DNA of 64,000 bases from Bdellovibrionia bacterium (GCA_044352155.1 JBILEK010000003.1:834-64833); one strand, 5' to 3'; positions 41,315 through 50,531 are shown, counted from the first letter of the stretch. The notes: generated by a model not told the origin, from the letters alone. Numbers and translations: made by a program.

Positions 41315-41339
41315 ATCAAAAATGACCACAATCAACGCA
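41315..41339 (-). repeat. IS right terminal inverted repeat (IRR)
   Basis: Reverse complement identical to IRL; encodes the last five codons plus TGA stop (KNWLR-stop) of the minus-strand ccsA. Confidence 0.65.
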
Positions 41340-43035
41340 GCCAGTTTTTACCCTTCACAATTGCAGTACACCCGAGCACATAGGCGAGCTTGATCCCTAT
41401 TCCGATCCACACCCCACCAGATGCGCCACTCGTGAATCCGTACGAGTGCAACCCAACTCCTAAAATAAAGTTCACGCCGTACCACGCCATCATTACCGAC
41501 AAAAAGCTCACCACCGTCCAGACCGCAAACCCAAACCGTCCCACCCAGCCCGCATAGCGTCCATGGAGCACAGCCAGGTAACACAATAGAGCAATGAGAG
41601 CCCAAACCTCTTTGGGATCCCAACCCCAGAATCGACCCCACGAGTAGTCCGCCCACACTCCCCCTAAAATCGTCCCTGCCGCAAGCAGCACGACTCCGTA
41701 CTGCATGGATCGATAAGCAAGTTGATTCATTTGATCGATCGACTCACGAAACGATCTGCCGGTGATCTTTTCTCGCGCAAATTGAAAAAGCGAAACATCC
41801 GCAAGCCCCATCGAGAGCGCAAAAGCGGCGTAGCTGATCGTGATCGTCAGCACATGAACGGTGAGCCAGAGGTTACTTCGCAAAACCGGGACAAGAGGAT
41901 GGATCCCAGGATCCATGACGGCAGGCGCTGCATCAGCAGCGATTAGGCCAAAAGCTGCTAGAAAACATGAGGTCGCAAGCAAAATCAATTGTCGCTGATA
42001 GTAGTAAAGGATGAGCCCAAAAAAGAGCACTCCAAATGCAACCCAAACAATCGACTCATACATATTGCTCACCGGCGGACGACCCGCGATGTAGCACCGA
42101 AACGCAAACCCCAGCGTGTGCACAGCAAACCCCAGCCCCAGAAACACCCAGGCACTTGCGCGCAGGAGCTTTGAGTTTGCTCCCGCCCCGAGAGCCGCCC
42201 ACAAGATGGCCGAGAGCAAATAGAGGATCCACGCCCAAAGAAACGGATGCCACTCATTGTACAGGCGCTCGGCGCGCATCAAAGTGTCTAAGCGTGGGGC
42301 TCCAAGATTTGCGATACTCTGCTCTACTGCTTCACGCGCTTTCTCACTCGCAGACTCAAAACCCGTCTGATCTCCAGAGTAGTAAGCACGGATCATCTCC
42401 GCATAAAGTGCAGGCACACTCGATCTATCCGTCGAGCTTAGCCCCTCCATCCTCGCTTGCGCGAGCGACTTCCAAGGCTCAGGAGAGCGCTCAGGGATCA
42501 CGCCCCAGGCCTCTCCGCTGACTAGAGCTCGAAAGAGACTGATCCCTTGGATCACTCGCTCGAACTCTTTTTCACGCACAGGTTGAAGCGAGGTGCCAGC
42601 GGTCGCATTTTCTTTGCTGATCGTATTCTTTTTTACTCCGGCACTTGCGTACTGCGCGACTGCCGGATTGCTCAGAAGTTCTTCAGGAGAGAATCTCGAT
42701 CTCGACTCATCTAAAAGCAGCTGGCGCTTGACTTCTTGGTGGTTGATTTTAATGAACTCGCGCTTCTGCCATACTTCGGGCGCTGAAATGAGTGAAAACA
42801 TCAAATCAACCGGGTCCCAACCCTGATACGTCCGCGATGAAGTGAGCGAAAGAACAACTTCACGCGCATAGGTATCAAATGGCTTAAAGCGGCCGCCCGC
42901 CTGCACAGGGATCAAACCTGCTGGACCAAAGTTCCACGTCTTGCGTCGTTCTCCGGCTTCTGGACGAGACTTTTCTTGCGCATTTGCAAAAGGCACTGAC
43001 AAAACGAGCGCAATCAAGAGACCGAGAGTTTTCAT
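41332..43035 (-). CDS. ccsA: Cytochrome c-type biogenesis protein CcsA/ResC (system II heme lyase component)
   Basis: WGWDPKEVWAL tryptophan-rich WWD motif, conserved His residues, polytopic; follows ccsB. Confidence 0.85.
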   Translation of the reverse strand: MKTLGLLIALVLSVPFANAQEKSRPEAGERRKTWNFGPAGLIPVQAGGRFKPFDTYAREVVLSLTSSRTYQGWDPVDLMFSLISAPEVWQKREFIKINHQEVKRQLLLDESRSRFSPEELLSNPAVAQYASAGVKKNTISKENATAGTSLQPVREKEFERVIQGISLFRALVSGEAWGVIPERSPEPWKSLAQARMEGLSSTDRSSVPALYAEMIRAYYSGDQTGFESASEKAREAVEQSIANLGAPRLDTLMRAERLYNEWHPFLWAWILYLLSAILWAALGAGANSKLLRASAWVFLGLGFAVHTLGFAFRCYIAGRPPVSNMYESIVWVAFGVLFFGLILYYYQRQLILLATSCFLAAFGLIAADAAPAVMDPGIHPLVPVLRSNLWLTVHVLTITISYAAFALSMGLADVSLFQFAREKITGRSFRESIDQMNQLAYRSMQYGVVLLAAGTILGGVWADYSWGRFWGWDPKEVWALIALLCYLAVLHGRYAGWVGRFGFAVWTVVSFLSVMMAWYGVNFILGVGLHSYGFTSGASGGVWIGIGIKLAYVLGCTAIVKGKNWLR

Positions 43036-44471
43036 ATTTTCCTCGCTTTTGAACGACTTTTTTGTTCGCGCAAGCGCACGTAAAACAAGAGAACGGAACC
43101 TAAGACAATGAGAAAAGATCCTAAGTACTTTAAAAATCGTCCTGGATCTCGATTCACAGAGAGAACGCTTGTGATCGGACGTGGCTCTGCTGGAATGTAG
43201 CTGGACTGGTAGAACGTGTAGCCCCCGTACTTGAGTGGCTCGTTCATACTGATGCGCACAGGCGAGAGCATGCGACCATCCTCTGCGCGGACGCGCACAA
43301 GTGAGCTATACTCCATTGGGTTTCGAGTGCCTGCGTAGTGATCGATTCGAAATTCCTCAAGGTGAATCGAAAAAGGCAAGCGCTGCTTTGCGGGCACGTA
43401 AGAGACTTCGACTGAGGCTTTTTCGGTATTGAACTGAGTGCGATCGCCAAGACCAAGCCATTTTTCGACCCTCTGTACACCTGCCCCCCCCACGACGAGG
43501 ATTGCACCTGTAGGAGCATCAGCACCATACTGGATGCGGGCCCGCGTGAAACTTGAAGTGTTGATCGCGTCAGGGATCCACTCTCGGAGTAGAATTTTCA
43601 TTCCCATCCAACCGGGATCAAGCTCGCGACCGGGGATTTGATCTTTCTGAAGGACTCCGCTCTTAACGCCCGCCTCTCCCGAGCTGATCCGATACGCAAG
43701 CGCGCCATCAGACAGAGCACGGATCTCAAACTTGCCGCGCTCATGGGCCTGAGACTCTGGAAAGCTCTTGGCTCCAACTGGATGCAAGATAAACTGCGCA
43801 GGCCCAAAGCTCACATAGCTCCACTCGGCCTCCCCACCCCAAAGCCAGAGTGTTTGGTTGAGATCCATCGGACCACCCTGAAGAACAAACTGAAGCGCAG
43901 GACCTCGACGCTCACCCCGCGCGATCGCTTCAGGAGTGATGGGTGAGAACTGAAAAAACGGCTCCGCACGAGAGAGATACTCTTTGATCTCAAGATCGTA
44001 CTCAGGGATCGTACGCGGCGAGTACTTTCGATGTGGCGGCAACCAAGGAAACTGAAACGACGTCGCCTGAACCGGTGAGCGCGAGAGCTCACGCACTTGC
44101 ACGAGCGCGTTCTCACTTTCAAGCCATGGCTGCGCCTCTCCCTCACTGACAACTAGGTTTGCATCCACGCCTGAGAGCTGCGTCCAAAAAGAGCCCGCAA
44201 GCAAAAGCAAAATCCCAAGATGCGCGAGCAGAAATGGGGTGTGCCTCTTTCGCCAAGGCCAGCGACTGAGCGCGACGACGAGGATGTTGAGACCCAAGAG
44301 CGCGAGCAATGCATTGAACCAGGGAGCGCGATAGACCCAGTATTTTCCGGTGGGAATATCGTAAATCGACTCAATAAACGTCGCAGCCGCCAGAGCTGCT
44401 GAGAGCCCAAGAATCACGATGACCGCGAGCTTGAGCGAGGCTAAGAAACGAAACACCCTTTGCGCCAACAT
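43032..44471 (-). CDS. ccsB: Cytochrome c biogenesis protein CcsB/ResB
   Basis: N-terminal TM segments with large periplasmic domain and C-terminal TM, ResB-like N-terminus LKLAVIVILGLSAALAAATFIES; 4-nt overlap with ccsA. Confidence 0.8.
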   Translation of the reverse strand: MLAQRVFRFLASLKLAVIVILGLSAALAAATFIESIYDIPTGKYWVYRAPWFNALLALLGLNILVVALSRWPWRKRHTPFLLAHLGILLLLAGSFWTQLSGVDANLVVSEGEAQPWLESENALVQVRELSRSPVQATSFQFPWLPPHRKYSPRTIPEYDLEIKEYLSRAEPFFQFSPITPEAIARGERRGPALQFVLQGGPMDLNQTLWLWGGEAEWSYVSFGPAQFILHPVGAKSFPESQAHERGKFEIRALSDGALAYRISSGEAGVKSGVLQKDQIPGRELDPGWMGMKILLREWIPDAINTSSFTRARIQYGADAPTGAILVVGGAGVQRVEKWLGLGDRTQFNTEKASVEVSYVPAKQRLPFSIHLEEFRIDHYAGTRNPMEYSSLVRVRAEDGRMLSPVRISMNEPLKYGGYTFYQSSYIPAEPRPITSVLSVNRDPGRFLKYLGSFLIVLGSVLLFYVRLREQKSRSKARKI

Positions 44472-44488
44472 CGTTGGCGCTTACCCTA

Positions 44489-45037
44489 TCAACTCTGCTG
44501 AAGAGGTGGCAAATCTAAAGCGATTTTCTTGCTTAAGTCCTGAGTCGCCTCGCCCGTGGGCATCGTCGCTACTCCCGCCAGGTGGAACACTTGCTTGAGC
44601 GCGATTCGCTCGCGCTCGTGGGTGTCTCGCGCTGGAGTGAAGCCAGGTGCTTTCTCGTCGAAAATACGATCATAGATCCTTTTTCGAAAAAGCCCTGCAT
44701 TGCGGCCGACTGCAAACCTTGCTCGCGAACGCAGATGCCGCGCGTAAAACCAACCCTGCCTCGCTCCGGGCCCAGTAAAATCCACCAGAAGATCCACATG
44801 TTTTGGAGCTGGAATCCCCATTGCCTGCCCCGAGGTTGTAATGAAAAAGACAGCTGCTTCTGGGTAAGCGAGCACGATCTTATGACGGAGTCCGTCTAAA
44901 TCCATCACCATCGCCTTGCTTGAAAGCACAATGAGCACGCTGCGTACGCCTTCCACGCGATTGCCCTCGATTTGCGTACGTTGCTCGAGCTGAGTGAGGA
45001 CGTTGCGTGACTCTTGATCCACCACAATCGAGCTCAT
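44489..45037 (-). CDS. Hypothetical protein; weak resemblance to the N-terminal domain of GT9 heptosyltransferases (LVDFTGPGARQGWFYARHLRSRARFAVG)
   Basis: 182-aa ORF; motif-level resemblance only, no complete GT9 C-terminal domain. Confidence 0.35.
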   Translation of the reverse strand: MSSIVVDQESRNVLTQLEQRTQIEGNRVEGVRSVLIVLSSKAMVMDLDGLRHKIVLAYPEAAVFFITTSGQAMGIPAPKHVDLLVDFTGPGARQGWFYARHLRSRARFAVGRNAGLFRKRIYDRIFDEKAPGFTPARDTHERERIALKQVFHLAGVATMPTGEATQDLSKKIALDLPPLQQS

Positions 45038-45041
45038 CGGT

Positions 45042-45311
45042 TTATCGCTTTCTTTGCTGCATCTGGGCGAGCATATCCATCGCCATTTTCATCTGTGGGT
45101 TCATGTTCGGGGCGCCGGGTTTTCCACCGCGCATTTGCATTTGCCCCATCATCGCTTGCATCTGAGCCATCGCATCACCCATGTTCTTAGACCCTGGGAA
45201 CGCCATTTTCATCATGTCGGTTGAAGCTTTCTTAAGCTTCAGAAAGATAAAAACATTGACCGCAGTCAGAATCGCCACAAAAACCCAGCTCAAAATAATT
45301 GCAATCGTCAT
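45042..45311 (-). CDS. Small membrane-anchored Met/Gln-rich protein (89 aa)
   Basis: One N-terminal TM helix then a low-complexity tail with about 20 Met (MMKMAFPGSKNMGDAMAQMQAMMGQMQMRGG...MKMAMDMLAQMQQ). Confidence 0.45.
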   Translation of the reverse strand: MTIAIILSWVFVAILTAVNVFIFLKLKKASTDMMKMAFPGSKNMGDAMAQMQAMMGQMQMRGGKPGAPNMNPQMKMAMDMLAQMQQRKR

Positions 45312-46120
45312 AGACCTTCTTTGTACCCGTTGGGCGGCGTGACCTCAAGTAACAAACTCCCCTGAGCGCGCGGCCACAGAGGGATGGGCTTTGCTCTGAG
45401 TGCACGCCGCAGCGCATCCTCCCCCATGCACTGCTTGCACAAGTTCATTGGAACTAACTTCGCAACCACGCGTGCTTGATCCTCAAGCCAAAAAAACGGT
45501 GTGAGCTGCCATGCGCTCAGCATGCGTTGCATCTCAGCGTCATTTGCGGGGACTTTCTGAACCGGAAAGCGCAGGAGCAGACTTGCGGAGTAGCCACCAT
45601 ACTCGATCAAACCCATGAACTCCGACTTCTCCACCGGGAGACGAGCGGCATAGCAGTCGATCTGATCTTTGGAGCCTCCTGCACGAGGCGCCAGAAAAAA
45701 AATCTCCCGCGGCACTGCAAAGCGAGGGAGCACTGAGCGCAAGCAGCTCGGGATTTGCTCTGGATCGGTCTCAAGCACAGCTTCAGGCTGCGCGCTCCCC
45801 TCGATCTGATACCGAACCATCAACTCGGCTTTAACCGATTGGAGGCACTCACGAAGCAGTCTCAGGTTGATCCCGTTTTCTGAAAGTTTCTCAATCGGCT
45901 GACAGTCAAGCTTCGAGTCGGGAGGAGGGTTCCTCATCCAATCCGGATCCTGAGGCTCGGCCTGCGGGCGAGCGGACATCGGCTGAGGACGGCGCACGTG
46001 GATCTCAAGAGGGAGGATTTGATCCGTGCGATTTTCAAAGAGCTCTCGCCGAGGTGCGCTTGAGCAGGACAAAACCAAGAGCGCTAAAATCGCCCCCTGC
46101 TTAACGACTAAGCTCTTCAT
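45308..46120 (-). CDS. Hypothetical lipoprotein
   Basis: Lipobox LLVLSCSS; 270 aa; no motif recognised. Confidence 0.45.
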   Translation of the reverse strand: MKSLVVKQGAILALLVLSCSSAPRRELFENRTDQILPLEIHVRRPQPMSARPQAEPQDPDWMRNPPPDSKLDCQPIEKLSENGINLRLLRECLQSVKAELMVRYQIEGSAQPEAVLETDPEQIPSCLRSVLPRFAVPREIFFLAPRAGGSKDQIDCYAARLPVEKSEFMGLIEYGGYSASLLLRFPVQKVPANDAEMQRMLSAWQLTPFFWLEDQARVVAKLVPMNLCKQCMGEDALRRALRAKPIPLWPRAQGSLLLEVTPPNGYKEGL

Positions 46121-46811
46121 ACGCGATCTGCATCCGCGTCCGCACGCGCTCCATGAGAGTCTCTAAGTCTTTTCCGGTTAAACCCACCGTCATCTCAGGC
46201 TCAAGCACTCGCACTCTCACACTCCCAGGGCGCAACGTGAGTCGCTCAAGGACGCCTACGCGCATGTAAGACTGCGCGACAATCGGCAGCACGGGGACTT
46301 GCGCCTGAATGGCGAGATGAAATGCACCTTTCTTAAACGGCAGTAAACCTTTGGTGCTTTTGTTGCGCGTTCCTTCCGGAAAAATACCAACCGTGATCCG
46401 TTTTTCGCGCACTCTTCGAACGGCTTCTTTAAGACTTTCTGTCGCTGAGACTCGGTTTTTCCGGTCAATGAGAATCGTGCCTGAGCACAGAAGCGACCAA
46501 CCCAGAAAAGGCACCCATGCAAGCGAGCGCTTTGCGATGAGCGCGCAGTTGGGTACAAAATGTTTTCCAAAAACCGCCATGTCCATCGCACTTTGATGAT
46601 TGAGCACAATAACGACTGGAGCATGATGGAGATGCTCACGCCCCTCCCACGTCACTTTCCATCCTGAAAATAAGCGTGCCCCAAGTGAGAACAGCTTAAA
46701 AGTGATCTGATTGTTACTCGGATGACCAAATCGAGGGAGACCTAGCAAAAAACCCAAGCCATACGAGAGAAGGAGCCAGACTGCGACCAAAAAAGAACGA
46801 ATAATGCTCAT
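46101..46811 (-). CDS. plsC: 1-acyl-sn-glycerol-3-phosphate acyltransferase (PlsC/LPLAT family)
   Basis: NHQSAMDMAVF acyltransferase HX4D motif and FPEGTRN motif. Confidence 0.8.
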   Translation of the reverse strand: MSIIRSFLVAVWLLLSYGLGFLLGLPRFGHPSNNQITFKLFSLGARLFSGWKVTWEGREHLHHAPVVIVLNHQSAMDMAVFGKHFVPNCALIAKRSLAWVPFLGWSLLCSGTILIDRKNRVSATESLKEAVRRVREKRITVGIFPEGTRNKSTKGLLPFKKGAFHLAIQAQVPVLPIVAQSYMRVGVLERLTLRPGSVRVRVLEPEMTVGLTGKDLETLMERVRTRMQIAYEELSR

Positions 46812-47734
46812 CGTTTTTTGCGCAATAGCGAGCTTCGATACGCAAGAACGTAGCGACTTGAGATCTGCTTATGAATTTTTTTGGAAAAAAGCATACTCGT
46901 GCGCGCGAGACGCTCTAAGTTGATCCCCGTTTTTAAGCCCATCCCCTCAAGAAGATACACTAAGTCCTCGGTCGCTAAGTTGCCCGTAGCGCCTGGTGCA
47001 AACGGGCATCCCCCTAACCCTCCCGCCGAGGAGTCAATGGTCCTGACTCCATGCTCAAGTGCGCGCAAGGAGTTGGCCAGTGCGGTTCCGCGCGTGTCAT
47101 GAAAATGCACGGCAAGCGCGCGCTGACCTAAACTCTTAAATGCGGGCCTCACGATCTCATCGACTTGTTTGGGAGTCGCGACTCCGATCGTATCACCGAC
47201 TGAGACTTGCTCGGCTCCGAGCTCATGCAGTTTTGAAATCACTTTTAGCGCCTGCTTAGGCGAGACTCTGCCCTCATACGGGCAACCAAACACTGTTGAT
47301 ACATAGCCTCGCACACGCAAGCGGTGCTTTCGCGCTTCATGAATGACTTGTTGATAAGTGCGCAGTGACTCCTCAATGGACATCCCGATGTTTCGGCGAT
47401 TAAACGTCTCACTTGCAGCGGTGAAAACAGCAATGTTTTTGACTCCCGCCTCAATCGCTCGCTCTAATCCTTTTAAGTTAGGGACCAGGTACCACCCGCG
47501 CGCTTTTTTCCCAAACCGAAGCTCCCCGCTTCGAGCCGCAGCGGCGATGCGATCGGTATCAGCCATCTGAGGTACGCGATCTCCGCGCACGAAGGAGCCC
47601 ACCTCGATCTGCTCCACTCCGGCCTCTAGCAAGCCAGAGATAAACCATTTTTTTGTTAGAAGCGAAATCGACCATGGCTCGTTTTGAAGTCCATCTCTTG
47701 GGCCCACTTCAAACACCGTGACTTTCTCACTCAT
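46808..47734 (-). CDS. Hydroxymethylglutaryl-CoA lyase
   Basis: VFEVGPRDGLQNE, HFHDTRG, GGLGGCP motifs of HMGL-like TIM barrel family; sits in a leucine-catabolism cluster. Confidence 0.85.
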   Translation of the reverse strand: MSEKVTVFEVGPRDGLQNEPWSISLLTKKWFISGLLEAGVEQIEVGSFVRGDRVPQMADTDRIAAAARSGELRFGKKARGWYLVPNLKGLERAIEAGVKNIAVFTAASETFNRRNIGMSIEESLRTYQQVIHEARKHRLRVRGYVSTVFGCPYEGRVSPKQALKVISKLHELGAEQVSVGDTIGVATPKQVDEIVRPAFKSLGQRALAVHFHDTRGTALANSLRALEHGVRTIDSSAGGLGGCPFAPGATGNLATEDLVYLLEGMGLKTGINLERLARTSMLFSKKIHKQISSRYVLAYRSSLLRKKR

Positions 47735-48216
47735 TTCTCGCTCTCCGCCTCGAAGTCAATGAGCAGCGTGCCAGGAGAGAGCTGCTGCCCTTCGCTCACG
47801 AGCACTTTGCGAACCACTCCGACTCCGGGCGCCTTAATGGCAAACTCCATCTTCATCGCTTCAAGAAGCATGAGTGAGTCGCCTTCACCCACGCGAGTGC
47901 CGGGTTGGACGAGTATTTTACGAACTTTACCGGGAAACTGAGCAACCAAATCGGAGTCCCCTGATCCTCCCGTAGAGCTTGCGCGCGAAAGAGCTTTGAG
48001 TTCAGCAAAATAGGGGCGTCCAGAAACCAGAGCTGATACTCGACTTCCCACTCGGACTTGCGCGATCCGCACGCGCTCAACTCCACCCCCCGCACTCGGT
48101 CGCTCCAAAATGATCCATCCCCCCGCTCGCAGTTCTGTCACAACAGGTGCTTGCTCGGAGACCCGGTGGCGCTTGCCTGAAATCTTGTACTCCCTCTCAC
48201 TCATCGTGTGCTCCAA
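47731..48216 (-). CDS. Methylcrotonyl-CoA carboxylase alpha subunit, linker + biotin carboxyl carrier (BCCP) portion, separate ORF
   Basis: Biotinylation motif LLEAMKMEF; overlaps the upstream biotin carboxylase ORF by 16 nt in a different frame. Confidence 0.7.
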   Translation of the reverse strand: MEHTMSEREYKISGKRHRVSEQAPVVTELRAGGWIILERPSAGGGVERVRIAQVRVGSRVSALVSGRPYFAELKALSRASSTGGSGDSDLVAQFPGKVRKILVQPGTRVGEGDSLMLLEAMKMEFAIKAPGVGVVRKVLVSEGQQLSPGTLLIDFEAESEK

Positions 48217-49652
48217 GGCGAGGCAAAACTCGCTCCCTCACGCTCAGCGCGCTGAGATCCATCCATCGCCACAAGCAACTCCAAATCCGACTGCAAGCAC
48301 GCGGGGTCAACTGTGCCGTCAAAAACACCAAACTCGCTCTCTAACCAGTGCGTATGCACTTCAGCGCGCGCAACTTCAGGCGCGCGTGCGATGCGAAGCA
48401 AATACGCCTGGTTGGTCCCGATCCCTAAGATCGCAGTCTCTTCCAAAGCGTAGCGCATACGCGCAATGGCAAGCTCTCGTGTTGGCGCATGAACAATGAG
48501 TTTTGCAAGCATCGAATCAAAGAGTGTGGTGATGGTTTGCCCACTTTCGATGCCACTATCGACCCGAATTCCAGGACCCATCGGAAACCTCACGCTCTCA
48601 ATCTTGCCAGGCGTCGGCATAAACCCTTGCGCAGGATCTTCGGCGTACAAGCGGACTTCGATTGCATGCCCGCGCGGCTCAGGAACCGACACTAAAGCGG
48701 ATCGACTGGGCTCAAGGGCTTGATCGATCTGCGCGTGCACGAGATCGACTCCGGTCACAAGCTCTGTGACGGGATGCTCAACTTGAAGACGAGTGTTCAT
48801 CTCTAAAAAGTAAAATCCACCTTGCTGATCCACCAAGAACTCACACGTCCCAGCACTTCGATAACGAGTTTCGCTGACGAGCTTGAGCGCAGCTTCATGG
48901 AGTCCTCGCCGCGTCGAGGGATCGAGTCGAGGGGCTGGAGCTTCTTCCCAGACCTTTTGATGCCTCCGCTGAAGCGAGCACTCTCGCTCTGAGAGATGGA
49001 CGCCTCCGCCTTGACCATCCCCGAAAACCTGTACTTCGATGTGGCGCGGATTCTCGACCAATCGCTCTAAAAAAAGTGTCCCATCGCCGAACGCCGCTTT
49101 TGCCTCTGCCGAAGCACTCTCCGCAGCAGACTCAAGCTCGGAGACCTGCGTGACTTTACGCATCCCCTTGCCCCCACCTCCAGCGGATGCTTTCAGTAAG
49201 AGTGGAAATCCGATGCGCTGGGCCTCTTTCTTGAGCTGCGAGACATCTTGAACGCGCGCCCAAGGGAGCGTAGGCACACCGATCCGAGCTGCGAGCTCTT
49301 TTGACGCGATCTTCTCGCCCATCTGAATCATGGTCTCCGCGCGAGGTCCTACAAACACAAGCTGCGATCCCTCTACAGCTTCTGCAAACTTAGGCCGCTC
49401 GGAGAGAAAACCGTATCCAGGGTGAATGAGCTTTGCACCCGAGCGCTTTGCCGCAGAGACAATTGCAGAAACGTCCAAGTACGACGGCACGTCTTGAATC
49501 TCATCTGCGTAAGTGAGGTGGCGCGCTTCTTCATCGCCGGGCGCTCTGAGTGCGACGGTTTTCAATCCGCGCTCACGACACGCTTGAAAAATCCGACACG
49601 CGATTTCCGAGCGATTTGCAACTAAAAGTTTCATTTTTGAGCTGCCATCCAC
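48201..49652 (-). CDS. Methylcrotonyl-CoA carboxylase alpha subunit, biotin carboxylase domain
   Basis: MKLLVANRSEIACRIFQACRERG..., ATP-grasp motifs, complete BC domain (483 aa). Confidence 0.85.
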   Translation of the reverse strand: MDGSSKMKLLVANRSEIACRIFQACRERGLKTVALRAPGDEEARHLTYADEIQDVPSYLDVSAIVSAAKRSGAKLIHPGYGFLSERPKFAEAVEGSQLVFVGPRAETMIQMGEKIASKELAARIGVPTLPWARVQDVSQLKKEAQRIGFPLLLKASAGGGGKGMRKVTQVSELESAAESASAEAKAAFGDGTLFLERLVENPRHIEVQVFGDGQGGGVHLSERECSLQRRHQKVWEEAPAPRLDPSTRRGLHEAALKLVSETRYRSAGTCEFLVDQQGGFYFLEMNTRLQVEHPVTELVTGVDLVHAQIDQALEPSRSALVSVPEPRGHAIEVRLYAEDPAQGFMPTPGKIESVRFPMGPGIRVDSGIESGQTITTLFDSMLAKLIVHAPTRELAIARMRYALEETAILGIGTNQAYLLRIARAPEVARAEVHTHWLESEFGVFDGTVDPACLQSDLELLVAMDGSQRAEREGASFASPWSTR

Positions 49653-50440
49653 GTGGGTTTTCGCTTTTCCAAAAAAGCGCGCACCCCTTCTTGCCCCTCA
49701 GGAGAGATCCGCAGCTCTGCAAGCATCCGAGAGATGTACTCCAGCGGATCTTTGATCTCTGCGCGCCTCTCTGGCCAGGAGAGATTGAGAATTAACTCTT
49801 TCGCCGCGGACACGGCATGGGGTCCTGCCTGAAGGATGTTTGAAACCACTCGCTCCACAGCTGAGTCAAGAGCGACTTCGTCAGAGACCACCTCGTGAAC
49901 CAATCCAATCTCAAGCGCACGCGGGGCAAAAAACCGCTCGGCTGAGATAAAAAGACTACGCGCGTGCGAGGGACCGATCTTTGAAATCACAAAAGGACCG
50001 ATACATGCTGGAACGAGCCCCAAGCGCACTTCACTGAGACTAAACACCGTCTCTTTGGTTGCGATTCCGTAATCGCAAACACTCACCAGCCCAACTCCGC
50101 CCCCGATCGCTGCGCCCTGGAAAGCTCCAATCACGGGCTTGGGGAACTCGTTGAGCTGGTCAAACAACTGAGCCAAAGTATGGGTATCGAGAAAGTTCTC
50201 CTCAATCCCTAAGCTTGCCGCTCGCTTCATCCAGTTGAGATCACCCCCTGCGCAGAACACAGGCCCCTTCCCGCGTAGGACGACCAAACGGACTTCTTTT
50301 TGAGTCGCTCGCTTAGCAAACGCAGAGCTTAACTCTGAGATCAAGACCTCGTTAAACGCGTTGCGCACTTCGGGACGATGAAGCGCGATCGTCAGGACTC
50401 CGCGCGCATCTAATTCTAGCTCAAGACACGTGTAAGCCAT
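49631..50440 (-). CDS. Enoyl-CoA hydratase/crotonase family (probable methylglutaconyl-CoA hydratase)
   Basis: Crotonase fold motifs (GKGPVFCAGGDL, oxyanion-hole region); context between MCC subunits. Confidence 0.75.
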   Translation of the reverse strand: MAYTCLELELDARGVLTIALHRPEVRNAFNEVLISELSSAFAKRATQKEVRLVVLRGKGPVFCAGGDLNWMKRAASLGIEENFLDTHTLAQLFDQLNEFPKPVIGAFQGAAIGGGVGLVSVCDYGIATKETVFSLSEVRLGLVPACIGPFVISKIGPSHARSLFISAERFFAPRALEIGLVHEVVSDEVALDSAVERVVSNILQAGPHAVSAAKELILNLSWPERRAEIKDPLEYISRMLAELRISPEGQEGVRAFLEKRKPTWMAAQK

Positions 50441-50531
50441 GGTGCGGAGGAGCGTAACGCGACTCCGCCGCTTTCAAAAGGCATTTTCAGGTTGACTCAG
50501 TGGCCCAAACTCGGTCTTAACTAAAAAGAGC

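Larger units (their letters stand above)
40178..41339 (+). mobile_element. IS1-family insertion sequence, 1162 bp, bounded by 25-bp perfect terminal inverted repeats AAAAACTGGCTGCGTTGATTGTGGT
   Basis: IRL 40178-40202 and its exact reverse complement 41315-41339, verified base by base, flank a single transposase ORF. Subterminal CGCATGCG palindromes lie near both ends. No clear target-site duplication. Confidence 0.65.

Noticed and set aside
40169-41348. Target-site duplication flanking the IS
   Set aside because: The 9 nt outside the two IRs (GCACCAATC and GTGAAGGGT read toward the IR) do not match. No TSD can be claimed.
42036-42521. 161-aa plus-strand ORF
   Set aside because: Antisense to ccsA, Pro/Ser/Arg-rich; shadow ORF.
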